From Chrysomallon squamiferum (Eukaryota; Animalia; Mollusca), in the NCBI GenBank assembly GCA_012295275.1, contig CM022672.1, forward strand, positions 1,922,001 to 1,986,000: DNA of 64,000 nucleotides. Reading direction: 5' to 3'. The notes beneath the pieces are model-generated. The model had not been told where the DNA came from, ran no database searches, and saw nothing but the letters and a program-made list of their open reading frames with translations. Positions 13,903 through 26,890 of this stretch are shown here, piece by piece (the first letter of the stretch is position 1; every line of letters starts with the position of its first letter). The position numbers were made by a program, and so were the translations under genes.

Positions 13903-15487
13903 TGCTTTTTTCCCTCCTTCCCTCCTTCATATAAGGTTTCTTTATAAATAATTTTCATTATAAAAATATTTATAAAGCATTCCTCTCTCTCTCTGTCTCT
14001 CATAAACACTATTCACATTTATAAAAATTCAAACAAAAACAAAACATTCATGTATATACACCTATTACATAACCAGTATAACTAACAGATGCAATAACGC
14101 CAGTATGCTACATTCGCCTATACAGTTACACAATGTTTGGAAATGACTGGAACAACATTCTTCTCACAGTCTGATCTCTAAACAGCTTCCAGAATTCACC
14201 AAGTATCACTGGCAGTGTTAGGACTACACACAGAAACAGTTAGCTTGCAACAACTGATGATATTTATCTCAATGGATGTGTTGTTTTCTACAGATGGAAA
14301 ACAGATATTAAAGTTGAAAAAAAGAAGTGGCCCAAGCCCTTGACTTTGTGGAATGGTTAATAGAAACTGTTTGATTCAAGCTGTTGTAAATATGTTTTTT
14401 TTGTATGTGTGTGTATATATATATATAATGTGTGTGTGTGGGTAATTGTATATGTATGCCATATATGTATGTTATGTGTGTGTATATGTGTTTGTACATA
14501 TGTGTTTGTGTATATGATGTGTATGTGTTTGCATGTGTGAGTATGTGTGTGCACATTCTGATTATGGAATGTTCTTAGCTTAACAGAAACATTCCTCTTT
14601 CCAGTTAGGATTTTTTAAATATATTCCTAACCAGACGTACCTATTCCACAGTGTATCAGCTTGAGCACATAGGTGATGCAATACATGAACACAAGCCTCA
14701 TGTAATTCATTCTGAGTCTGAACATATGTATGTAAATACACACACACACATAAATGTATATGCATATCTATCCAGCTTCTGTGTGTGATTGTGTGAGTGT
14801 ATATTTACATACATACATACATGCACACACACACACACACATGCACATACATACATGCATGTACATATGTATCTATATAACATATATATGTGTGTGTGTG
14901 TGTATTTATTTATATTCAGAAAATAATTTTTGTAGCTTTATTTTTATAAACATTTTATGTACAAACAACATTTTCCTGATGATTTTTTTTTTTTTTTTTT
15001 TATTTTTTTACACCATTAACAAACACCTGTTTTGATGCTATGCCAAGTCTATGTAGATTTTGATAAAAATAAACAGAAATGGTCTCTCTCTCCCATTCTT
15101 TTTGCTGTGATTTACTGTAATTACCTCAAACCAGAAATACAGTATTTTGGGGGTGTTTTTTTTTTGTTGTTTTTTTCAGAAGAAACAGACTTACTTCATG
15201 TGAAATAAAAAGAAAGAAAATATTTAAGAAATTCCAGCTTGGATACATTTTACCACGCTAACTAAATGGTGTGTCACGACAAAGATGCTTGAATCTTTAC
15301 TGGCTGTGTTTAAGTTACGTCCCAGTAAAAGTTAATTATTTTCACCTTATGTGTTATAATTCTACCACATTCATTGATATTTCATACATCTTTATATAAA
15401 ATAATTGCTAAAAAAATGTATTGTTATCTCCTATTAAAAACAACTTTCATTCGCAAAATAATAATAATAATAAAATAGTAATGATAA

Positions 15488-15522
<35 letters not shown>

Positions 15523-15699
15523 ATAATAATAACAATAATAATAATGATATTAACAATAACAATAAATAAATAAATAAATAAATAAATAATGGACATAGGA
15601 ATACATCAAAAATTAACAGGAGAAAGAAAATGAATCAGCCATTTCAATCACTAAATGAACGAATGCTGTCAAGACATTTTAATATTAATAGTTGTTAAG

Positions 15700-16290
15700 T
15701 GCAAAATATAGGCTTACTGTACGTGTAGCATATCAAGAAGTGTTTTTAGAAGTCACGAGGTATAACTGTGGCTTGTGTTTACTATGTACTGTTTTTAAGA
15801 GTCATGAGATACACATGTACCTTATATACTAATTAATATAAACATGCATCAAAAAACTTTTTATGTATAAATAATGACGTATGACCGTGCCTTTATGTTA
15901 AATAAAAGTCAAATTAGATGCAATAGGCCTTACATATGCTGATCAAACCAGTAAGTCTGTTAGGTGTTGTGAATGGCCATATAAATGTTCCTTCTTCAGC
16001 TATTAAAGTATTGTTTATAAACGTCATTAAGTATATAAATTGACTGATGTGAAACACATACATATCATGTATTGGCTTTGAAAGTTATTAGTGTGTTTAT
16101 GCTGATCAAGTATCCTTAAATATCATGTGATATTAAATGCACATTGTACACTTATATAAAAACCATATCATATATTGTTTTTGAAAGTCATGAGGTATAA
16201 AAGCACCTTACACACTGATATAAGAGGCAAATGAAATATTGTTTTTAAAAGTCATGAGGTATAAATGCGCCTTGTATTCTGGTCAATATA
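15700..16290. repeat. Degenerate ~52-bp tandem repeat (tattgtttttaaaagtcatgaggtataaa)
   Basis: Motif at ~15742, 15790, 16174 and 16237. Confidence 0.65.
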
Positions 16291-17386
16291 AAAAATTAAG
16301 CTAACAGTTATAATGGACTGAATGGTCAGTTAATGGACATGGGCTATCAATACATGATTACCAAACCATGAAAAATGGTAACAGTTGGTTCTTGAGTGAA
16401 AGCAATTAGATCAGTTGACATTTTATTAATTTATTCAGAAACAATATAATCACTAAACTGTGTCAAATAAGTCTTGCTATATTACATATGCAAGTGTTAG
16501 TAAACTGAATATATATATAATGTTTGGTGATTAATTATACTGAAGTAAGTTCCTGATAAAATGGGACCAGTTATGAGTAGAATTAAATTATTGGAGTTTT
16601 GTGTCAAGTGAACGAAATGTTTCTGGAATTAAAGTTTCTACCTGAAGTGTTGAAAAACTGTATCAGTATTTTTCAAATTTGTTTTTTTACATAAACAAAT
16701 CTAAGCAGTAAATTAATCAATTGTTATCAAAACAGATTAGGTTTTATTAAATATATCATAAATAATAATAATAACTATTATTATTTATTGTTACCTGGAG
16801 GAATCTAAATAACTGTTTGTTATGAAAATGGCAGTCAACTTTGTCTCAGACATATATACCACACTGTTTTGGTTTTTTTTTTTTTTGACAATATCTTTTT
16901 TCTCTCAGATTAATAAACACCATCACACAAGAAGCTTACCTTAACGAGCTATATTTTGATCAGGCATAGTGATCCTGTGAACTAAAAGATACACAGTATA
17001 CACTGAAAGCAGGTAGCTATTTTTGATGTGTGTCTATAGACTTACATCCAGTGCCTGCTATTTATTGCTCTTCCACTTAACAGCAAAAGCCAATTAACTA
17101 TTGACATGCAACCTCTCTCTCTCTTTCTCCCTCCCCACAGACACACACACGACACACAACATAAGTACATTACAACAAAAGAAAAACATGCAAAGTAAAA
17201 AATAAAATAAAATAAAAATAAAAATCAAAGACAATTATGAAATAAAACTAAAAAAAACATTCAATTAAAAATGAAAAAGGTATAGCAACACAAATGAGAT
17301 GAAAATTGACAAAAAACAACAAACAACAAAGTTCTGTAAACTTCTTTCCCCCTACCACCCAAATAGGGCCTCGTCAACTGGCTTAC

Positions 17387-17420
17387 CTTGAACACTGGAA
17401 CCGTATTCACTGTCAGACAT
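17387..17420 (-). CDS. Candidate alternative first coding exon (MSDSEYGSSVQ + 1 nt, phase 1)
   Basis: ccaagATG TCT GAC AGT GAA TAC GGT TCC AGT GTT CAA G|GTAAGC. Locally GC-richer unique sequence with retained CpGs. Confidence 0.55.
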
Positions 17421-19355
17421 CTTGGTCACGTTAACAATCCAAACACAGCACAGCAGCTCCTTCCCCTCTGCTGTTTGCACCTATGTCCCCGTGAATGAAG
17501 TACCTACACTGTGAAATGGTTTCCTCAAACAGCAGACAGAGCCTGCTCCACAGCACTGGCAGCCATAATTTGTTTGGTATATGTATGTAAATACTTGGCA
17601 GTGCAGTACAAAAGAGGAATGTGACCTAATTGGTACCCATGGTGCTACCACAGTATTGGATACTACTTCCTTCATGTTGTAATTCCTACTGACATTACAA
17701 TGTGAAGTCATCAAGCAATACTCATGGGGGAGAAAAACACAACAAAAAAACATCTGAATATTCCAGCATATACCACACTAATCTGTAGGTGTTTTTTTTT
17801 ATTATTATTTACTTTTGTAGCCATATGTACCAACCCCACCCCTCTCACAGTTTATGTTTTGTTTTTTTATTCTGTAAGTAGAAATACAATACTTGATCTG
17901 AAATTATAAATCTGTAGGTTGATTCGACTTGCAGAGAAACAAATTGATGGTTTTTACTGATTAATTTGTTGTAACCACAAACCAGCTTGTAATGTGTTTG
18001 TATTTCAAAGCAGAAATACAATGTTTAAAACCAGTAATATATATCTTTGTATGCATGTAACTATATAGAAAGTTTTTTTTGGTTATTGTTCAGTTTGAAA
18101 GAATTACCCAGCTTAAAGTGTATTTATATTTTCCAAGAAGAAATGCATAATTAAGAACTAGTACTAGATATTTATACAGACAATCTACTTAAACAAAATA
18201 ATAATTAAAAAAATAAAAACAACAAATTTGTATTTTTTAATTTTGTAGTTTATTTTCTAAGGACAAATGCATGGTTTAGAACTTACATAAACAATGAGAT
18301 TTAAAAAATATGAATAATCTGCATTTTTTTTAATTCTATAGTTTGTAATCACTATTCCAACTTAGACTGTTGTTTCATAATAAAATTAAATGATTCTAAA
18401 AACCAATAACAGAACAGAAAAAAACTAATCTGTATATTTTATTCTTCATTCGAACGACTGTATCAGCTTAAAGACCTATTTGCTGTTTCAGAGAAAAATC
18501 ATTTGAGTTATAAATCCAGAGATAGCTATAAATCTACAGGCTATCTATTGACTATCCAGAGACAAATGTTTCATAAGTATGCGGTGTAAACAAATGGCTT
18601 TTCCATCTCAGAATTCTTCAGTGACCAAGTTCAAAGAAAAACAGAAAGGCTGTATGATATGTACTGTCTGATAACACAAGTATCCATCAAATGTGCAAAC
18701 ACTTGACTTAACAACAAACAACGTTAATGTTTTCTTAAGTAGAATTTACACTGTAACTGCAGTGAGATATGTGTGAGTGTTTTGAAGTGATGTTTTCATA
18801 TATATCACTGGAAATATCTCATGTCTAACATTATATTTCAGTGATTTAGAAACCAAAAACCAAAGAGCAATGTAAAAGTGAAATTTAGATTGTATCAGAT
18901 AATGAAACAGCAACTGAAAAATGAATCTCTCAGTGGAATTATATCAAATGTATATATTACATTATCTCTAATTCCAACTACATTATTCTAATAATACAAT
19001 AATAAGCTATATTATTTCCAGCTTTGCTGTTATAACATTGTAATATATAACATTATTATCCAATTCCAACTTTAAAAGGATAATGTTATTTTATGCAAGA
19101 CTTTGTCATTGGTGATAACTGTCATGTGACTAATCACTAGAACTATTAACATAATTTCCCATTCCAACTCTGGGTTGTAATTCCTTGGTAGAGCAAAAAG
19201 CACAAGTAACTGTTATTTTTGATAATAGTAATTTACAAATATTATCATCAATGCTCTTTCCTGTGTCACCAAAGTCTTTGAAATATACCAAGTGAAGATG
19301 ATCGAATGTCCAGTTTAGTCCAGTGATCTACCTCTTGTCTACATGTAACACTTAC

Positions 19356-19367
19356 CTTGTCCTTTAT
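19356..19367 (-). CDS. Candidate 12-nt frame-preserving microexon (ATAAAGGACAAG; reads D-K-G-Q in phase 1)
   Basis: Minus strand: long T tract ...ttttatttttaaag|ATAAAGGACAAG|gtaagtg. Consensus donor and a length divisible by 3. Confidence 0.4.
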
Positions 19368-19683
19368 CTTTAAAAATAAAAAAAAAATAAAAAAAATATG
19401 TATCTTGCAAAAGAAACCCATAACGCAGACAGATCAAAGATAACAAATTCCACAGCTTCATTTAATACATTCCTAACATCACACCTCATTTGTCAGTGGT
19501 TTATTACAGAACTGACAAGCAACCGATTTCATATAATGTAATAACGACATTCTTACCAGCCTCAGTCTGAATAGCATTTTTTAATAAGTCCTTGCGAGAT
19601 TTTTCAGAACTCAGTTTATGTAGTATATTTATATATTTACTGGTGAAACAAAAATCATAATGGTTGTAAATTCTTTTTTAAAT

Positions 19684-19722
<39 letters not shown>

Positions 19723-21859
19723 CTCTCTTTCTTTCTATATATGTATACAAGTAAGAAAAGAGAGCAATAATTCCACATATAATATATAAAACATAGCCCT
19801 AACAGTATTTAATCACACATTATTTCAAATATGTATAGAACTCTTTTGTGGACAAGTTATCTAATAATGTAAGCCATTAAAACCAGTATGACATTTTAGT
19901 AATGTTTTATATTATTTTTAATTCAATTCTACAACTAATTTATATTTTTTTGGGGGGGGATCCTTCAATCACTAACTAACACCCCATAAGACTGAGTTAG
20001 CACAATAGTCTCTCTGAAGTCATGTGTTATTTGATTATTATGTTTTTTTTTTTTTTTATTTTTTTTTTTTTAAAATTATATTTTATTTTTAATTTTTAAA
20101 TTTTATTTTATTATTATTATTATTACTATTATTATTATTTTTTTTATTTTTATTTTTTTTTTTTTTTAATCTTACCAGGATCATTATGTGTATAAAATCA
20201 AATGTGAGATATTTGTTGAATACAAAGTTACCAAAGCAGAAGTGTTTGGTATTTGAAAATAATTCCACAGAATTAAAGAAACACTTGGTACTATATCTGT
20301 TTCTAGCCACCCCCAAAATAATAATAATAAATAAGAACACTAGTTTATGTACAATTTATTTTTATTCAATTTTTATTTATTTATTTTTTTTTTTTTTTTT
20401 TTTCAGAATTATATCTGTCAGTATATATGTGGTATGTGTGCAACAGTACAAATATGGGATGCATGAATGGATACACTTATGTTTGAGGCTAGGCTTGTGT
20501 TTGTGTTCATGAAAATATTTGTAGATTTTTATTTTTTATTTTAAATGTTAAAACAAATGTCTTTGAAATAAACCAAATGCAATTATTTTCGTCTACAGTC
20601 ACCTTAAGTATAATGCTTTTGCTTTAAAACTAAATAAACAGTCTGAGGATTTTACCGTCAATGTATTATATTGCACAGCCCATGAAAATAACTCATTTTC
20701 ATTAACCCTGGCCCAGGCCTGTAATTAGAGCGGCAGTTAACATGATTAAGATATCGGGTTTAATGATCTCTTCTGGTGAATTATTTTCATTATCCCAAGT
20801 AGCTATTGGCATTAAAGGAGAAACCAGATGAACATCCATGTGTCTGTGTTCAAACTCTGGTGTCAGGTTCTCTGTTACATTGAGACACTGATTGCAAGTA
20901 AAAATGTTTCAAAGAAGATTGAAAAATCTCTTTGTCCCTCTCATAATTTCTCTTTTTCTACTTTATGTGCATCTTTCTTGATCTTTCTCAGTGTTTGTCT
21001 CTTTCATATTTTTTTTTCTTTCTCTCTGTCTCCCTGAATCACTGTCTTCATCTTCATAGCTGTCTTCTCTTTGTGCCTGCAGTCTGTCTGTCTGTCTGTC
21101 TGTTTATCTATATAATCTCTGTGTACCTATGTCTGTCTGTCCATCTATTTCTATCTGTATCTATCTCTCTATCTATATACATTCACTTAAGAGTATTTAT
21201 GCAAATGAAAGTACATTTTTACTCATATCACATATTTTTCATCTTTATTTACTGACAGATTATTTAAAAACTTAAACAATGTTATACCTTTAAAAATTAG
21301 TAATTAATGACATTGCTATAAAAATAACAGATAATTATCTTTTTCCAGCAAAAAAAAAAAAAATAATAAAAATAAAATAAAACCCCAAAATATAAGGATC
21401 AGATGGGAGCAGTATTTAATGTGTAATTCCAAAACCTTTATTTGACAAATCAAATTCACTATAAAGCCACATGAAACTGATTTCATCAAAACTCAAATAT
21501 AAAGAGTGACAATGTCACTTGTTCTAAAACTTAACAGAATTTGACAAATACTCTTTAGACTGGTTTGAATATTGTTTAATTTGGTAACCTTCATCGTGAT
21601 TTAACAATCTGATTTTGTCTAATACTATGTGGAATCAAATCTTGCTTCGTAATAACATTTTAATTAATTTAATTCTTATTCAGTTAATTTTTCTTATTTG
21701 TATTATTATTATTGTCACATTTTCAATAATTTGTGAAAAGTTCTGATAGTAAAATTTAAAAACTTTTTAAATTATATTTTGTTGAATGTTTTTGTTCATC
21801 TGATTTTCTTCATACCTTTTAGAGAGTAATATTTTTATATGCAGTCATATATGTTTATA

Positions 21860-21916
<57 letters not shown>

Positions 21917-22221
21917 GAATGTAGTATCATAAGAATATGTGTGTCTGTATGTGTATATAGGAATATAGCGTGTACAAAAATGTGTGTGTGTGTGTGTAAA
22001 TTGAATGATTTTAAACAGACATAACAGAAATATAAAGTAAGAACTATAAGACGAAGCTTTGTTCATCATTTTTATAGAAAAAAAAAATATATATTTTAGA
22101 TTTAAATAACTGCCTTAAAAAATGAAAAATAGATAATATAAATAAATTTATAAAAATACAAAAATGGAAGAAATTAACTTTCAATCTATATAAGAACAAT
22201 TCAGATATGCAACAGACACTC

Positions 22222-22268
<47 letters not shown>

Positions 22269-22296
22269 TAACAATAATAATAATAATAATAATAAC
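22222..22296. repeat. (AAT)n microsatellite
   Basis: Seen directly. Confidence 0.95.
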
Positions 22297-22342
22297 ATAA
22301 ATAAATTTCAAAAATACAAAACATGGAAACTATTTCACTTAC

Positions 22343-22620
22343 CAGGTGAATAACGAAGATTCAGTTATAGATTTAAGAGACGTTGTCCTTTTTAAAAATT
22401 CATGTGTAAAATCAGTTCCTTCGTGTTATCTTAAAATAGACGCCAGATCAGGAAAGTGGAAGTTTTCAATACATAATTAATATTACCATCAACAACAAGA
22501 GCTGTTTCTGTGTTTTCCCAGCCTCCTTCAATCATTGATTTGATGTGTTTACATTGTCCTGCATTCAAACATTGACTCAAAGTTACCTGTGCAGGTGCAT
22601 AATTAATTACACCTGGGACC
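22343..22620 (-). promoter_or_regulatory. Candidate internal promoter with a non-coding first exon
   Basis: Donor CCTG|GTAAGT at 22343/22342; retained CpGs at 22350-22445; AP-1 site TGACTCA at 22573-22579; inverted E-boxes CAGGTG (22592) and CACCTG (22610) flanking TAATTAATTA. Confidence 0.35.
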
Positions 22621-23970
22621 TCAGTGATAGCACTGATTAAAAACGGCTTGTGACTTTCTCAGTTAAATTAGTGTACTCTCAAAAACAAGACTTTTTTAAC
22701 AGAGTTGTTGATCTTATCGTTTTCACCCTTTTGTTTCTGTTTCTGTTATTATGATTATTATTAATTTTATTTAACATTATCATTATTATTATTTCTGTTA
22801 TTATTATCATTTAGCATTATTATTGTTGTTGCTATTTTTATTATTATTATTTCATTTTTAAAAATTATTATTTGAACTGATGAATTTTATCATTTTATTA
22901 TATTCTAATAACTTTAATCTCTATCAAGCATAAATGTATATTTATCAAAAAGACAAAGTAGCTGCCAGTATCAGTAAAAGATCTACTTGGACAAATTAAT
23001 CCCTGGGATCAATTATAAAACAAAGAAGTGCTTTATAAAAGTGAATAAAATAACACAGATGTATTAGCAGTGTTTCTCTAATATTTTTACTTTGCTAATA
23101 AAGATATAACTACATTGTCTGACACTATCTGAAAAGGTTTACAAAAATAAATGTTAGAACTTTTGTCTATAACAAATGTATTCTAAATAAAAAAATATAT
23201 ATTATATTGATAAATCAGGCACACAGCCCTGGTTAGAACAGGAAATAATAACCTCATTACTAACCTAACTGTTGTACTGAGAAGGAATGATTCAGAAGCC
23301 TTTTGAAAGACTGTTCTAACTACAGAACTACAACTTGAATTAATTTATCATATAATTTAAAAAATTTGGTCCTAAAACAAACAAACAATTTTCAATATGC
23401 TAACTGTTTAAGGATATATAACAACTGGCTTTGCCAAATATAATTCTGAAAGTTCAAGCAACCCTGTTGTGAGGTATGACCTCTAACTTAGCCAAAACAT
23501 TCTGTCTAAAACAGTTATGCGAGATACATCAGCACAACCTTTCACTTACTAAGCATAAACCAAGTGCTGATGAAAGGTGATTTACCAATAAAAGCTGATC
23601 CTTTGATCCCATTATCTCCAAATGGACTATCTTATTTCACCAGCAAATAAACCCACAATGGCAGGAACAAGAGAAGAATTATCTGATTACTCATATGAAA
23701 TTACCAGATTTTTTTCAATAAAACAAAGGCAATACCAAAAATATATGGATTGCAAAGTTCCCTGTATGAGAAGAGTATGATATAAATGATATGGAAATTA
23801 CCCATATAAGGATGCCATTAAGTGGGAGTTAATTCCACTGAATCTACTAAAACTGGTAATGTTATTCTGTTAATGTAATTATGACTTGCTTTACATACAG
23901 CAATGAAAAGAAGTCTGTGATGAGAAGGTAATGTGGGATGTATCAGAAGAACAAAAGTGATTAATTTTAT

Positions 23971-24004
<34 letters not shown>

Positions 24005-24409
24005 GAATATGGTGCATTGTCTAGCAGAAAATGAAAGAAGAACAAAAGTAATTCATTTTATTATTGTTTTTATTTATACATGGTTGAAATATCAATTTTT
24101 ATTTTGTATTATTTTAATTTTCCATTAACTGTGCTCTATTTTGGAATATTAACCACTTGTCAAACCTGTCATATTTATTCAGGCAAATACACAATTCATT
24201 TCTTTCCACTGAACTACATGCAGACATGACAAATGAATATTTTATTATCAGATTATTTTTGTTTTTTTTCAAAAATCAAATAAAAAAATTCAATTTATTT
24301 TCAGCCTCTGATAGGTAAATATCACCTCTGAATGCTATATATCAAAGTAAATAGCCAAAAAAATACAGCATATCTAAGCAAGAAGCAAAGATTCTGTTAT
24401 TAGAAAAGT

Positions 24410-24670
24410 TCTATGTAGTTATTTGGCTGTAGATCACTAGGACATTCATATAAGATGATTCTTACTCAGTGAACCATTTCAAACAATGGTATAAATCTTG
24501 TCAAAGGGTGCGATGGTATGTGCTTTCTCGTTTATTGGAAGATACATATATAAAAGATTTCTAGATGCCAAATGATAAACATGGTGGAATAGCAGATAAG
24601 GGTTTCAGTTTTTTAGTGGATCACTGTACCAAAATGTGTCTGTAGTAAAGTAATGAACTTTTCCTTTCAG
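24410..24670 (+). mobile_element. Decayed SINE, family A
   Basis: atggtatgtgctttctc...catatataaaagatttc...gggtttc matches the core in the forward orientation. Confidence 0.45.
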
Positions 24671-25162
24671 AAATGTTTCAGCCATTTCTAAACCAACAAA
24701 AATAAATTGGTAAATTTCTATCAAAATGTATTTTATCCAGTATTATTAGTGTTTTAGTTTTTTTCATTTTTGTTTTCTATTACTAATATTACTGTATTGT
24801 GTTGACTAAAAATCAGTAATATTTCAGATATTTTTATCACCATTTGAATTTGGTAGTTTCCTATAAATATATATTTAGTTTTTCCATAACATTTCACCAT
24901 TGAGAAAGTCTGATGATTTGAAAAAACAAACAAAAAAACTGAGAGAATGGTAAGTGAGAATTGGAAAATAAAAAAAGCAACCTTTTTGTTTTATATATAA
25001 ACAAAATAAATCTATTTTAAGAAGACCTAAACTTTTTTAGGAATCTTTTTCTTTCTCTCTCACTCTTCTTTCTTTTTTTCTCTCTCTGTAAAACTCAATC
25101 CACTCTTTCTCAGTTTTTTTAATCATTAGAGGGTGTGGGTGGTGAAATTTCAATAATTTATC

Positions 25163-25425
25163 AATTGCCACCTACCTTGGAAAGACGATAGCCCTTATAT
25201 CACAAACAATGAAGACATTACAATGAAATTATGCAAGGCACTACTTGGCCCAAGTGTCTGGGGAACTATCATATTTCAACACCAACTTGATCTAAAAGGT
25301 ATTTCCAGAAAAAAAAAAATAATCATCTTTATCAGTTCTAGTGACTGGACAATTGGCATTCTTCCAGTTCAAGGATTAGGCACTATCTCATTGGTATAGA
25401 CTTTAGCATGAGGAATGGTAGATTA
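25163..25425 (+). mobile_element. Decayed BEL/Pao LTR-retrotransposon pol fragment
   Basis: Translates LPWKDDSPYITNNEDITMK...GTIIFQHQLD, followed by frameshifted remnants (FKD*A, IGIDFSMR). These resemble the BEL/Pao motifs LPWK...N, IIxEQL and PVxKDSxTTPIRIVYDCS. Confidence 0.5.
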
Positions 25426-25675
25426 TTAGATCAAATCTTCTAAGTAAATTGGAAGCAATAATCTCTGTAAGTAAATATTTAACATATTGTGGAATATAAG
25501 AGACATGAATGAAAGGCTCAAAAAGCATAGCACTGGCATTAGATGTGATGGATCCTTGATTAATTCTCATCAGTGTATATCTGGATTACCACAGCATTCA
25601 GTACTCTCTCTACTAGAAGATAAATATCAAAAAATCCAAATGCTGGGAAATAATTACAAGAAATAATTTAACTGT

Positions 25676-25719
<44 letters not shown>

Positions 25720-26175
25720 AGGTCGGATGCCCAGTTTCAGTAAATAATAAAATTTATTGAGATTTTACTAAATAAATAATCACTAACTCATCTGTTTCTG
25801 CCAATCAGGTTGTAGCTAAACTCCATTAATATAAGAAGCGATGATAAGTGAATCAATTTTCCACTTGATAAGTTAATTAATTGGCCAATTAGTTTATGAA
25901 AGGCCATTACTCGCACTTTCCTCTTGAGACACGATTGATTGAAATTCTGTTGTCACTAAACAAATATTAATTCAGTCATTGCCTCAGATAATGCCTCATT
26001 TCAAAGATTTATTTTCATTAGTAATCTAATCCACGCAACCAAAAAATCCTGTACTGCTGGTCCATAATCATCCTAATCTTATCTTCTACAAAGATTTTTT
26101 GTAAGATATATGATGTTGTGCTAAATTAACCAATAATACAGAACACATTAATAATTATGAATATGTGTACTGTAC

Positions 26176-26212
<37 letters not shown>

Positions 26213-26890
26213 TTTTTTCCCTACAACTACTGTACACATAGCCAAAAGATATGATGACTAAATAAATTTCCTAATTTTCTGGCGGTGACCAAAAACATAG
26301 CTTTATGGAATGCAACCAGATTTATAATCAATAAATCACACACACACCCTCACCCTCACCCACAAACACAAACAACATCTACTATTTCAAACGAGATTGA
26401 ATTTAAAACAATGGACTCACACAGGAGACACAAAAAGCTCACACCATCAAACAAACCTAATAAGAGCCGTCCACTTATTTAAATGAAGTGAATAAAAACG
26501 AAAGCCACAGGCCCAACACATCACCAACTGTGCTCAGTGTATTGGAAGCACAAGATAGCTGGTTCACTTTATCAATGGGCCAAGGTTTAGCCAGCGAAAA
26601 GGCCAGTGTTAATCAATATGTGTCTGACGGCGAGGAATACCCCATTATTCACGTTTCAGTTTCAGTCCAAAAGCACAGGCATTTGTATGACTAACACAGC
26701 TTAGTTATGCTTAAGTAAATTGACTCCATTCACTGCAGTTAACTCTTATCCATCATCTGTCCACGTTTAACATGTTATCTGTTCAGGCCTTTGTCAGCTA
26801 CCAGTGATATGTGACAGGCTGGACAACATGTCATACATAAAACTTAAGTGATGTGTGTGACAGGTTATTAGTGACAAGTGATGTGTGATA

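Noticed and set aside
20170-20185. ATG ATC CTG|GTAAGA mini-exon
   Set aside because: Phase 0, three codons, low-complexity context; consistent with chance.
26348-26380. MLFVFV + G|GTGAGG phase-1 candidate
   Set aside because: Weak donor inside CA-rich low-complexity sequence; not counted among the first exons.
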